DNA from: Tubulanus polymorphus
Lineage: Eukaryota > Animalia > Nemertea
Direction: 5' to 3'
Assembly: GCF_964204645.1 (NCBI RefSeq)
Contig: NC_134033.1
Location: 9,122,655 to 9,186,654, forward strand
DNA: 64,000 bases
The translations under genes and the position numbers were made by a program. This document shows, piece after piece, positions 48,013 through 60,548 of this stretch. A model generated the notes under the pieces. The model was not told the DNA's origin, searched no databases, and saw nothing but the letters and a program-made list of their open reading frames with translations. How positions within the stretch are numbered: position 1 is the stretch's first letter; every line of letters begins with the position of its first letter.

Positions 48013-51000
48013 ATGGGAGAGAGTGAGTACCAGACAGAAAACAATGATGTTAATAAAAATCAATATTATTGCCAATATTGTAAAAAATACATCGATAAAT
48101 CTAATAAATCTAAACATGAAAAATCTTCAAATCATATAAAAAATGTTATAGATTTTGAAACCCCAGAAAATTCCAATGAAAGAAAAGAACGATTAGAAAA
48201 TATGAATGTGGATGTGGATGAAATAAAATTTGAAGTTTGTAATGAATTTATAGTAAAAAGGAATTATAATAGACATCTCGAATCACAAAAACACCATCAA
48301 AATTTGAGTAATAATGTTTTAGGAAAAGATTATTTTGATGATAAACCTCAAAAAGTAAAAAAACCAACTTCAAAAACTAAATCCATTTCAAATAAACCTT
48401 ACATGGAAAATGTTAGAAATTATATTGATTCACTAGAAATAAAAGATACAATTGAAATATTAGAAACATTACGTAGTAAAATTGGTCCTGCAGCTATTAT
48501 ATTTAGATTTTTTAAAGGTACAACAATAGAAGATTATAGTAAATTTAATGAAAAAATAGAAAAAATACTAGATTTGATAACAGATGATGAATATCCAAAA
48601 ATTAGTATCTCTGGGAAAGTACGTTTTTTAAAGTCAGAAGAGAAAATGGATTATAATATTCAAACACTCTTTGAAGAAATAATTTCAAAAACGCAATAAA
48701 ATAGAAGTTAGAAAAAATATTTAATGAATTTAAACGTCATATTGAAGAAAGATATTTTGAGGGTTCTGGCTTAACATTGAATGAAATTATATATTTAGAT
48801 TTAAATGTTTATAATACAAAAAGAAATAAAACATCAAAAAGTAATAAAATGTTTAAAAATGATTCAAACTTTACAACAGAAAAGGATATTAAAGCATCAT
48901 CTTATATTAAATTACCATTTACAACAAAAGCAGTAATAAATGTTAAAAATGAAGATAATAAATGTTTTCTATGGTCAGTTATTAGTTGTTTACACCCAAC
49001 AGAAGATATGACGCATAGTTTTAGAATAACAAATTACCGGAAATATGAAACATTATGTAAAATTGATCAATATCCAGTAACTATAAAAATGATTCCTAAA
49101 ATAGAAAAAGTTAATAATTTAAAAATAAATGTATTCGAATTAATGCAATTACCAAAGACAAAAGGTGAAAATGTTAAAGAAGCTTTATATTTAACAGAAT
49201 ATTATGATGATGAAAATGCTATAGATTTGTTATATTACAAAAAAAGATGAAAATGAACATTATATGTGGTTAAAACAAATTGATTTATTCTTTAGAACAG
49301 AAAGTGATCATCATCGTAAAATTTATCTATGTAGAAAATGTTTATCTAAATTTATGACTGAGAATACATTATTAAAACATAAAAAATTATGTGATAATAA
49401 AGATTTTTGTAAATTAATAATGCCAACAGAAAAAGATTATAAATTGAAATTTACTAATCATAAATTTAAGAATATTGTTCCATTTGTAATTTATGGGGAT
49501 TTTGAATCGTTGAATAAAGAATTAACTGATCAAGATAGAAAAGAAATATATAACAAAAAGCAATTATTAAAATCAATGGATAAAGGAAATGAATTAAATG
49601 AAGACACAATACAAGACCCACCAATTATAAATACAATTAAAAAAGTTCATCAAAGAGCTGCTGCTTATGGAATTTACATCAAATCAAATTATCCCGAATT
49701 ATATGAAAGTCAAGATATTTCTTTTAGAGGTGAAAATGTAGTTAATGATTTTTGTGATAAAATGATTGAATTAGAAAGTGATTTTGCAAAATTATTAAAC
49801 AAAAATAAAAGAATAGTTATGACAAAAGAAGATGAAATTGATTTTAATTATGCAACTCATTGTTGTTATTGTGAAAAAAGTTTTTATTCATTTAATAAAA
49901 AAAGTTAGAGATCATGATCATTTAAATTCAAAATATCGTGGAGCTGCTCATGAAGATTGCAATTTACAAGCTAAGAAAGTTAATTTCGTACTAATATTAT
50001 TTCATAATTTATCAGGCTATGATACCCATTTATTTGTAAAACAATTATCAGGAAAATTAGGTGCAATTAATCAAGAAATAGAAGAATATAATGCTATGAA
50101 TGGTGTAAATGTAAGAAAATATGATTTTAAACTATTAGCTAAAACATCTGAAAATTATATTTCATTTCAGTTTGGTTGCATTAGATTTTTAGATTCTTAT
50201 AGATTTCTAGCAAGTTCATTAGATAATTTATCAAAAAGTTTAGTTGATAATGATTTTGTTATAACTCGATATTATTATCCAAATGACCAAGATTTTAAAT
50301 TATTGAGATATAAAGGCGCAATTCCTTATTCATTTTATAAAACACACAATGATTTTAATGTAACAGAATTATTAAAAGATCAATTTTATGATTAATTAAA
50401 AGAGGAGTATGTGAAAGATGAAGTGTTTAATAGAACATTAAATATTTGGAACCATTTTAAGATGAAAAATCATGGTGAATTAGTTGATTTATATTTAAAA
50501 TCAGATGTTATGATATTAGCTGACATATTTGAAAAATTTAGAGAAGTTAATTTGAATCATTTTAATGTTGATCCTTGTTATTGCTACTCTAGTCCTGGTT
50601 TAACCTGGCAATGTGGTTTAAAATATACAAATGTAGAATTAGATTTATTAAAAGAACCAGATATGGTTTTATTATTTGAAAAATCAATTAGAGGTGGAAT
50701 TAGTGGTGTTATGGGAGATAGATATTTTAAAGCAAATGATGAATATAAATTATTATATATTGACGCCAATAATTTATATGGTTGGGCAATGATGCAACCT
50801 CAACCATACAAAAATTTCATATTAACAGAAGTTGAAAATGATGACAAAACTGATTGGGAAAGCGCAATTGCGAGTTTAGAAGATGAAGCACCAATTGGTT
50901 ATTTCTTTGTAGTTGATTTAGAATATCCTGAAAATATAAAGTTTAAAATATAAAAATATAAACTTACCTTATTGCCCAGAACATTTAACCGTAGATGATA

Positions 51001-53009
51001 GTTATTTAAGTGAATACCAGAAAAAAATAAAACCGAAAGATCATGTTTTTACAGAAAAATTAATACTCAAAATAATAAATACAATTATATTGTTCATTAT
51101 AGAATGTTAAAATTTTATCTGAAACAAGGAATGGAATTAAAGAAAGTACATAGATATATTGAATTTAATCAATCGAAGTGGTTAGAAAAATATATAGATT
51201 TCAATACTCAACAGAGAACCATATCTAAAACAGATTTTGAAAAAGATTTCTTCAAATTAATGATTAATAGTTTTTATGGTAAAACATGTTAAAATATTAG
51301 AAATAGAAATGATATTGAATTAGTAAATAATTCTGAAAGATTAAGACATTTACAATCAAGTCCTAGACATTTAGGAAATAAAAGATTTGAAGATTATTTA
51401 ACAGCAGTTAAATTAAAAAGAACATCAATGAAATTTAATAAACCTAAATTCATTGGTTCAACTGTTTTAGAAGTATCAAAATTATTAATGTATGATTTTT
51501 ATTATAATGTTTTACAACCACTTTTTGGGGAAAAACATATAGAAATCTTATATTTTGATTCTGTAACAGCTGACACCCCAATATTATTAAAATGTAATAA
51601 TGAAATATTAATTAGAAGAATTTCAGAAATAATTCCAAAACAAAATGAATTATATTTCGTATGATGAAAAAGAATTAATACAAATAAATGAATTGATAGA
51701 TGTTTGGACAAGAAATGGATGGAAAAAATTAAAGAATATTATTAGGCATAAAACAAATAAGAAAATCTATAGAGTTAGAACTAAATTAGGGTTTTTAGAT
51801 GTTACAGAAGATCATAGTTTAATTAAACGAAATGGCGATGAAATAAAACCAACTGATATAAAAATTGGAGACGAATTATTACATAAAAGATTTTTCCAAA
51901 GAATGAATCATATGTCATTTGATGAAATAATTGATAATATTTATAACATAGAACCCGAAACATTAGAAGAAAAAGAATATTTTATCAAAGGATTTTTCAT
52001 GGGAGATGGTTCAGCAGGTGTGTATAAATATGTTTGGGGTAATAAATATTGTTGGTATTTATGCAATCAAGATTTGATATTATTAGAAAGAATAAAGAAA
52101 TATTGTGAAGAAGTTTATCCAAATAAAACATTTCAAATCATGGATGTTATGGAATCATCAGCAGTTTATAGAATACTTGTAAATAATCGAAAAGATTTTG
52201 CTATAAAATATAATGATGAATTCTATATTCATGCAATAGTGAAAAGTAATACTTCAACAAAAGAAAAGATAGTTCCAGATTATGTATTAAATGCAAAAAA
52301 TTATTTAAGAAAATGGTTCTTCATTGGATTCTATGCAGCAGATGGTGCTAAAAAATTTACAAAGGATAAAAAGATAACCTTTGCACAGAAAGGAAAAGTT
52401 GCTATATCAGGGTTAAATATATTATGTAATTCATTAGGCTTCAATATGAATATTGGATTGATTAAATCTAAACAAATTGCTTTAATCTAAGCCACACAGA
52501 AAAAGATCAACTGAAGATGGTACATTTAACAGTGGATTTCCATTAATTTGCTTCAATACTGACAGTTACATACTAAAAATCAAGACAAATGACATAACAA
52601 AAGACTTAAAAACATTAAAACATCATTTTGATTTTAGCAATTATCCCAAAGATCATGAACTATTTAGCAATGATAATAAAAAGATTCCTGGTAAGTTTAA
52701 AGATGAATTAGGGGGTGATGAAATGATTGAATTTGTTGGGATAAGAAGTAAAATGTATAGTTATAGAACAAAAGACCATGAAGCTAAAAAATTAAAAGGA
52801 ATAACAAAACATGTGGTTGATAAACATATAGAATTTCAAGATTATATAAAGTGTTTATATAACTCAATTGTAATGAAACACAAAATGAATTGTTTAAGAT
52901 CAGAAGATCACGAGATGTACATGAAGTTGAAAAAACTAGTTTGAATCCATTTGATGATAAAAGGCATATTTTAGATGATGGTATAAAAACATTACCTTAT
53001 GGTCATTAA
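48013..53009 (+). pseudogene. Protein-primed PolB (N-terminal ZnF, vOTU-like domain, EndoVII-like insert, exonuclease, polymerase) with intein; many frameshifts and stops
   Basis: DNKCFLWSV...HYMW, YGDFES, VRDHDHLNSKYRGAAHEDCNL, FHNLSGYD, FLDSYRF, YLKSDV, IRGGISG, YIDANNLYG, KLMINSFYGK, YFD//TDS. Confidence 0.93.
51560..52557 (+). mobile_element. Intein with LAGLIDADG homing endonuclease in PolB motif C (degenerate)
   Basis: Block A SVTADTPILL, block B VTEDHSLI, block C GFFMGDGS, block D KIVPDYVLN, block E GFYAADGA, C-terminus TEDGTFNSGFPLICFN followed by +1 Thr; absent from the element 1 allele. Confidence 0.93.
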
Positions 53010-55314
53010 AACATAAAATCAATATCATCATACTCGAAATCACTATTGGCTTCTTCATTTTCATTTAATTGTTTAGGTTCTTCTTCCATTTCATTTTTCT
53101 CATTTAAATAAAGTTCTATCTTGTTCCACATTTCATCTCGCTCTCTTTGTTTCTTTTTGTTTGTTAATTCATCAAATGGAATTATAATATCTATGTTTAA
53201 ATAATTTACAATCTTATTTAAAAAGAATTCATAATTTATTGAATCTGTTATTCTATTTTCCAAATGATACATTAATATTTGTTTGAATATTTTTTTTGAC
53301 GCCTTATAAAACGTTACCATTATGAAACTTAAACAATGTTAACCATTCAGCGTCATTTTACAAACGACAACCGTAAATCGATGTGCAAAACGTCACAGGT
53401 TTATGTGTACACATACAAGCTATTTGGCAAAATATTATTGATAAAGATGTAGAATGGCTCCCTGTGATTATATAATGACCTCTATTTGAACGTCGAAATG
53501 TTATATTGCATTGAATATCATGATAAGAGGTATTGTAATAGTAAAGGATGTATGATTATATCAGGAGCGGCAGGCATAAATAGAAATGATAAGTAAATCG
53601 GATTATTCGGTTAAATGGCGGATGTATACACGATTTGGAAGTCTGATATAAAAGTCAGACCCTGACATGGGGATGCTAGTGGAATGACGAAGCTATCTAC
53701 GATCTGAGTAGGGCCGGCGTGAATTTCATCGGCGGCTACAAGCGGTCTATATAAAAATGTGTAAACAAATAATTTCAATATTCAAATGTTTTAGAAAATA
53801 TGTTCGATATTAGGGGTATGCAGGTTTCATGAGATTAGCAATCTATAATAGCATAGCTGTCATATACGTCTCCGCGTCCACTGATGGCATGTGTATAAGG
53901 TGACAATTCAATTCAATACTTTATTGATCCTTATTACATTGAAATTCTGGGATGAAATTCCCAAATTCAATAAAGTTACAAATTTTAGAATAAGAAAATA
54001 CAAAATACAAGATACATGGGTAATTCATACAGAATAACATGAATAAGTTATTTAAATGACGATGTCAACCCAGACTCAAGTCTAGGATATCGAGTGACAG
54101 CCAAACCGGGACCGGGCCGGCTGGCTACACGATATGCTCGAAGTCATGATGAAGCAGACATCAGAAGAGCTCTTTCTTCAACCATGGAGGCAATGAAGTT
54201 GCAGACCAGCTTAGAGCAAAAGTGAATCGAAGTCGGTCACAAGTTGACAATTTTTTTTAAATTAGACCAGTCGAAGACTGTATCATCGCCAAATCTCATA
54301 ATTCCCCAAATTTCTTAAAACTTCGATTTCAAATTTGCAATTCCACATTAGCTTATCCCAGAAATTCTACATTTTTTCGCAGGCGTCAAATAATTTATTA
54401 AAGTTAATTTTCTTGTTTATATTTTTCATATCTTCTTCTGTTAATTTAGGTTTTTCATAATAATCGTTAAATAATAAATATAAATACATTTTCTTTTATT
54501 TTGTGTTAAATGTTGACGGAATAATTGTTTTTATAATATCTTTTTTAGTTATTTCACCATTTTTATTTTCTATTATTTTCATTTTTTCAAGCCATTGCAT
54601 ATATTATAACACAGTACCTTCTTGCCTTAAGGTCGCGTAACTACATTGTGGACATTTTCGTTTATAATTTATTGGTAATAGATCTTCATTAAGCTCTTGG
54701 TATTTTCTTACGTTTTCTTTATGTTTTATTGTTCTATTATGTAGATTTGAATTACTTGTTGTAATAATCAATTTACAATATTTACAATAATATGTTTTTC
54801 TTGTTAATTCATTATATTGTTTTTCTAACTTTTCAACTGTTTCTTTATTATCTGGTAACGTTTTCTCATATTTTATTTTTTCTAATAAATTATTTTTTCT
54901 TTCATTGAATTCAGTTTCAAATTTATTAGAAATTTTATCTATATGTGGTTTACGAAATTGATGATTCTCCCAATCTTCTATATTTTCAGGGCTATATTTT
55001 ATTCGACAAGGCTCACAGAAATGATCTTTTATATTATCCTTATCATAGAATAAGAAAGGTCTTTTCCAAATAATTTCAGGTTCAACTTCAACAGAATTAC
55101 TATTAATTTCGTTACTATCAACATTAATCGTTGAGTCATTAATTTTACACTTCTCTGAATGTTTTTTAACATAATTTCTTGAGAATAATTTATTACATTT
55201 TGGGCAGTTTAGTTTAGGGGGTTTATAATTTTCTTCATGTTTTTTCATATGTCGAGCCATATTACTTTTTCTTAGAAGTTCACCACAAATTTCGCATGCT
55301 ATCTTCTCATCCAT
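53006..55314 (-). pseudogene. Multi-C2H2 zinc-finger viral gene split by a transposon
   Basis: CEIC..HMKKH, CPKC, CEPC and CKYC fingers in 54604-55314; coding-like sequence continues through 54391-54600 and resumes below 53295. Confidence 0.7.
53295..54390. mobile_element. 1.1-kb mobile element copy B inserted in Polinton 2
   Basis: Colinear with 44408-45559, same termini, more GC-rich than the viral flanks. Confidence 0.9.
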
Positions 55315-55382
55315 TTATTAAGGAAAAATTTTATTAAAATTAATTTTTAGTGATGAGCGGTAATTTTTTTATATTATAAATA

Positions 55383-56159
55383 ATGGTAGAATTAAAAGAA
55401 TACAGAATATTTGTTGATTCTAGAAAACTTACAAATTATAAATCACATAATTTACTAGTACAATTAGATAGAGAATTTAAGAATTGTGTTGATTTAAAAT
55501 TAGTTAATATAAGTTTATGTAATTCTTTTTATAATGTATCAGATAAAACTGATGAACGTAGAACCTTTTTTATTTATGATGAAATTAAACTTGAATGGAC
55601 TCAACTTATGCTTACACCAGGATTATATAATTTAGAAACATTAGCGCAAGAAATTAATAGAAAAGCTCGAGCTAAATTAGGAAGTGATTCTAAATCTATT
55701 ATTAAATTCATAAAAAGTGAGAGCTCTAATAAAATTAAAATAAAGTTTAATAATGAAAAACCTATTGGTATTGTTTTACCTGCTTACTATGTAAAAAAAC
55801 CTTTTACTAAACTGTTAGGAATTCCTCCAGATAAAAGTATTGTTGAAAACATATACGGTATATCAAATTTAATACCTTTTACGCATTTTTATATTTATTG
55901 CAATTTGATTGACCCAACAAAAACATTTGAAGCAACTAAAGATACAATTTGTAATTCTAGCATATTAAATATTTTACCATTAAAAAATGTTAAACAATTT
56001 GGAACGCAAATAAATTATAATTTAGCTGAATGTGATTTTAAACCTTGTATTCCACATTTCAATAATTTTAAATTAGAAATAAGAAATCATAATGGATATT
56101 TAATTGATTTGAATAACTTTCCTGTGATATATGAATTAGTTATAAGATGTAGAGAGTAA
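55383..56159 (+). CDS. Minor capsid (penton-like) protein
   Basis: Homologue of 1628-2386. Confidence 0.75.
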   Translation: MVELKEYRIFVDSRKLTNYKSHNLLVQLDREFKNCVDLKLVNISLCNSFYNVSDKTDERRTFFIYDEIKLEWTQLMLTPGLYNLETLAQEINRKARAKLGSDSKSIIKFIKSESSNKIKIKFNNEKPIGIVLPAYYVKKPFTKLLGIPPDKSIVENIYGISNLIPFTHFYIYCNLIDPTKTFEATKDTICNSSILNILPLKNVKQFGTQINYNLAECDFKPCIPHFNNFKLEIRNHNGYLIDLNNFPVIYELVIRCRE

Positions 56160-56175
56160 TTTTTTCATTATATAA

Positions 56176-56745
56176 ATGAATATAACTGTTGGACCGAGTA
56201 TATGTTTTGGATTTGATTTTAAACGTGAGAAAGAAATGAAATTTAACATCAATGATGTAATTACACAAATCAAAAATATTGCATTTTCTAATGAAACAAC
56301 ATTTAAGTATGAAAAAACAATAGATAAAGAAACTTTTAATGTAGAAAAGATTACTAATTTAATTAGAGAATCTTTAAGATTTTATGAATTAGATGAAGAT
56401 TTTATCATCGATGATATTAGAAAAATAATAATTGCAATATATACAAATGAAACTAGTAATGAAATAAATGTTGAATTAATCGTAAATAAGTTAACTAAAT
56501 ATTTTGATGATAAATATTTTGATATGAGTGATAATAAGTGGATAATAACTGGATTATATAATGGAGCATTACTATCAGTTGGAACTGTTGGTTATTCAAT
56601 GGTATTAAAAAAAGTATTCAAAATGGGAAGTGTTAATGTTGATAGATTTGATATAAATGATATCTTAAAATTAACATTAGCAGTTACTTTATCTAATTTA
56701 ACTATTGATTATTTGGAAAAACAAAAATATATTCCTACCATATAA
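56176..56745 (+). CDS. Fusion of the homologues of 2404-2745 and 2746-2967
   Basis: Internal MSDNKWIITG is in frame; the stop and TAAATG are absent. Confidence 0.75.
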   Translation: MNITVGPSICFGFDFKREKEMKFNINDVITQIKNIAFSNETTFKYEKTIDKETFNVEKITNLIRESLRFYELDEDFIIDDIRKIIIAIYTNETSNEINVELIVNKLTKYFDDKYFDMSDNKWIITGLYNGALLSVGTVGYSMVLKKVFKMGSVNVDRFDINDILKLTLAVTLSNLTIDYLEKQKYIPTI

Positions 56746-56769
56746 ATGCGTAATTATTTTACTAAATAA

Positions 56770-57192
56770 ATGGCTTCTGCAATTATAACTATTATAGGAT
56801 CGGCAATTGTTAACGCTTTAGCATTTACTGGTGGTGGATATTTATTTAAGCATATTGATAAAAATAGTTCATTAGGAGAACAAAGAAGACATAACTTAGC
56901 ATTAGAGAAATACAATAAAGCAGCAGAAGAATATAGAGAAAAGAGGCAAAACTATATGGATTATATTAATAAGGAATTATATGATCAGAAGATTTCACAT
57001 AGAGATTTTCAATCAGTTGATGATGCAATGAATTTATATAATGCGGTAACCAAGAAAGTAAAATTACATCTATACAAACCTAAATTATCAGATTATTATA
57101 CCCCAAGTAAAGAACAACAGAAATATGAAATAATTTGGATTTTAGGTGGAACAGTTATTGTTATATTTGTAGCATATAAATTTACTAATTAG
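56770..57192 (+). CDS. Predicted membrane protein
   Basis: Near-identical to 2992-3414. Confidence 0.8.
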   Translation: MASAIITIIGSAIVNALAFTGGGYLFKHIDKNSSLGEQRRHNLALEKYNKAAEEYREKRQNYMDYINKELYDQKISHRDFQSVDDAMNLYNAVTKKVKLHLYKPKLSDYYTPSKEQQKYEIIWILGGTVIVIFVAYKFTN

Positions 57193-57211
57193 TAATTTTT
57201 TTTCTAAATAA

Positions 57212-57646
57212 ATGGATGATAAAGTTGATAATATTGATATTATTCCTCATGATATAAATAAAACTAAATTAAAAATATATTTAGAAAAACAAATATTAGA
57301 ATTTGAAAGTGACTTAAAGATAAAAAAGAAAAAATATTTAAAAAGTAAAATTATATATTATTTGATTATAAGTGGTTCGGTTACAATTAGTTCTGTAATA
57401 ACATTTCTAGCAATATTCAGTCCATTAACACCATTAGCTATATCAATTGGTGTATTAGGATTAAGTTCAAGTGTATTAACTGGTATAAGTTCAAAATTAA
57501 ATATAAAAAGTAATAAAGAAAAAATTAAAACTAATATAAAAGAAATTAATAAATTAAAGAATACACTAGATTATATAATAAGTTTAAATGGTCATATAAC
57601 AGTTGAAGAACAAGATAAATTATTAAAAGAATTAATAAATTATTAG
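57212..57646 (+). CDS. Two-TM membrane protein, intact
   Basis: Hydrophobic hairpin flanked by basic coiled segments. Confidence 0.8.
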   Translation: MDDKVDNIDIIPHDINKTKLKIYLEKQILEFESDLKIKKKKYLKSKIIYYLIISGSVTISSVITFLAIFSPLTPLAISIGVLGLSSSVLTGISSKLNIKSNKEKIKTNIKEINKLKNTLDYIISLNGHITVEEQDKLLKELINY

Positions 57647-57662
57647 TATTTTTATTATATAA

Positions 57663-59051
57663 ATGGTAGATTGTTTTCCAAAAGCTTTCCAATATAATAA
57701 ATCAATTAAATATGATATTCCAGCAATAGATTTTAATAAAGATATTACATATAGAAATGAAGTTTTAGATTCATTAACTAATTTAGAAATTTATGTTACT
57801 GAAACTAATAATTTTAATGCAAAGATGGAAAATATATTTCATGTATATTTAATTAATTTTAAAAAATTGAAAGATGAAAAACAATGGTTATTAAAATCTA
57901 ATATGAAGTATTGGCAGAACCAATTAAATTTTGCTGTTTATTGTGCAACAACAGGTTGTGGAATTAGTTGGAATGATCATTTGAATAATTCTAAATATAA
58001 ATTAATTCAAAGTTTATTTAGATTTCATACATACTTTCAAATCAGAATAACATTAAATGAATTAGAGTGCGCTTTACCAGGATCTAGGTATTTTAAAGAA
58101 TTAGATAATAATATTAATTTATCAAAGTTTTATAAAATTTGTAATGAATTTAATATAGATATAAATAATTCTGATTTTAGAACAAAAATTGGAACAATAA
58201 GATCACTTCCTCTGCCTAAAAAGATTGCAGAATATTGTGCACTTCCCATACCATCTAATAGTTTTTATAATATCTATAGTAATAAATTAAGTTATGGTAA
58301 AATAGAAACAAAGGATTTAGAAACATCAAATTTCAATAAATTACCGACATTTTATGATAATTTAAAACAAGAAAACAATAATGGTTGGGTTTATTTCATT
58401 TTAGAAAATAATGAAGGTTTTACAAAATCAGGTATACAAAGAATAAATCAATCTATTAGAACTTATTTGATATGTATTTTATGTGCGCAAGTTGAAACAA
58501 GATCCCCAATAATTGGAAATTTAAATACATCATTTGATACGCAGAAACAATTTAAAGTATTATTTGAAGATTCCATTCATAATGATAAAAATAGATCGAT
58601 TCCAGAAAACATTGTACGATATCAAAATTATTTAGATAAATCACATATTAGATTAAATTATTGTATAGGCCCTAATCTATTAATTATTTCTAATGATTTA
58701 GTATTAAAGATGGGAAACATAATTGGTTATAATAATCTAATCAAAACTGCAACAATAAATAATTCATTTGGGTTAAATGATATAAATAAAAAGATTATCA
58801 CTGCTCCAAAATTAATGGAAGGTGAAAAAAATAAAATGCACATTCAATCAACAGAAACTAAAACTAAGAATATTAAATTGGATAATGATTCCAGAATAAA
58901 AGATTACAATACTACAGAAAATATTAAAACTGATAATATTCAACATGATATAATTAAAACTGATAATGATAATAAATTACATGAAAATACTAAATTAGCT
59001 TTAACTTGTATAGGAATTGTTATAGGAGGAATATTATATTTTAAATTTTAA
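57663..59051 (+). CDS. Conserved 462-aa viral protein with C-terminal TM, intact
   Basis: YWQNQLNFAVYCATTGCGIS; homologue of 3885-5267. Confidence 0.8.
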   Translation: MVDCFPKAFQYNKSIKYDIPAIDFNKDITYRNEVLDSLTNLEIYVTETNNFNAKMENIFHVYLINFKKLKDEKQWLLKSNMKYWQNQLNFAVYCATTGCGISWNDHLNNSKYKLIQSLFRFHTYFQIRITLNELECALPGSRYFKELDNNINLSKFYKICNEFNIDINNSDFRTKIGTIRSLPLPKKIAEYCALPIPSNSFYNIYSNKLSYGKIETKDLETSNFNKLPTFYDNLKQENNNGWVYFILENNEGFTKSGIQRINQSIRTYLICILCAQVETRSPIIGNLNTSFDTQKQFKVLFEDSIHNDKNRSIPENIVRYQNYLDKSHIRLNYCIGPNLLIISNDLVLKMGNIIGYNNLIKTATINNSFGLNDINKKIITAPKLMEGEKNKMHIQSTETKTKNIKLDNDSRIKDYNTTENIKTDNIQHDIIKTDNDNKLHENTKLALTCIGIVIGGILYFKF

Positions 59052-59067
59052 TTTTTTTTTTATATAA

Positions 59068-60530
59068 ATGGATGTAGAAGGTGGAGAAGATATTGGAATG
59101 GATCCTTTTGATGAACCTGGTATAACTGATGAACAACAACCTGATTTTAGTGAAACAAGTTTTAATGATGGTAATGAGCCAGAATATAATAATAATAATT
59201 TAAATATGCCTGATTATATTAAAAATGCAGAATCACAATTAAATCCTGAAAATTTAGACCCAGATTTAGTAAAACAAGATTTAGATAATTTAAACAAAAT
59301 ACCTAAATTAGAAGATTTAATTGAAAAATCTAAACTTAACATAAATGATGAAGACGTTGGACTTTTAGCAGATCAATTAAAATTTTTAGATAATGGTAAA
59401 TGTTATCGTTTGAAAGGTGATTATTATATTGATATCACTTATAAAAATGATAAAAATAAAATATTAGCAGAATCAACTTTAAAAAAATTAGAACCAGAAA
59501 AAATTAAAATAATAAGTAATAGTAATGAAATAACTGATGTTACGCAAAAAGAAATAGATGATAATATAGACGTATTTAAACAAAGAATTAATAAATTATT
59601 TGAAATAATCAAAAAGAAATCAAAAACAGAAACAACTTCTGAACAGAATATAACTTCCAAAACTAGTAAACTTAAATCAAATAAAGTTCTAATTGAAAAA
59701 TTTTTACCGAATGGATTACTTGATGCAACAGATCAACAATTAGAAGATTTAAATATATTTTCTGATGAAGCAATTAGAGAAATATTAGTATAAGAAATGA
59801 AGCTGATAAAATTGCACATAATAAAAGTATAAGAGATCAAAAAATTATGTATTTGGAAAAAGAATTTAACTAATGCAAATAAAGAAATAGAACAAATAAA
59901 GTCTGATTTAGATCATCAAGTAATTGATGAAATAGAATATAGGCAAAAAGAATTACGTTTAGAAAAAGAAATTAATAATTTAAAAGATAATTTAGCAGTA
60001 CAGAAAGAAGAAATTAAATTATTATTAAAATCATATGATTATAATATTAATAGATTAAAAGTTATTTTTAAAGATTTGTTGATAAAACCAAATTCTGAAA
60101 TATCATTAAAAGATAGAATAAAGTTATTATTTAAATTAGAAGGAATAACAATTCTTTCAATTCTAACAGCTGTAACTATGTTATTTACAACAATTGGTTT
60201 AGCTATATCAAATTCTTTGAAATCTACTCCTACTCCCAATAAACCGGATAAACCCCCGAATGATAATAATTCTATACAAGATAAAGTTAAGGATGGTTTA
60301 AAGAAATAAGCAAAATATTTATGGGAACTATCTAAAAAATCTGCTGCAGCATTACCAGGAATTATTGCATCAATTGTTGGTTTTATATTGAAATCTGCTG
60401 GGAATATTCTTAACTTTGCTGCTGAACATATTATTTTATTTTTAATTACAGTTGTAAGTGCTATTATTTTTGGGTTAGTGAATATGATATCAAAAAGATA
60501 TCAAGAAAAAATAATAAAAAATAAATAATT
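59068..60530 (+). pseudogene. Acidic / coiled-coil / multi-TM protein, disrupted
   Basis: Homologous to 5284-6876; frameshifts near 59790-59870 and TAA at 60307. Confidence 0.8.
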
Positions 60531-60548
60531 AATTTTTTTGTTAAATAA

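Noticed and set aside
53296-53320. Start of ORF 53006-53320 (MVTFYKAS)
   Set aside because: The ATG lies inside the inserted transposon; the ORF is the severed 3' end of the ZnF gene.
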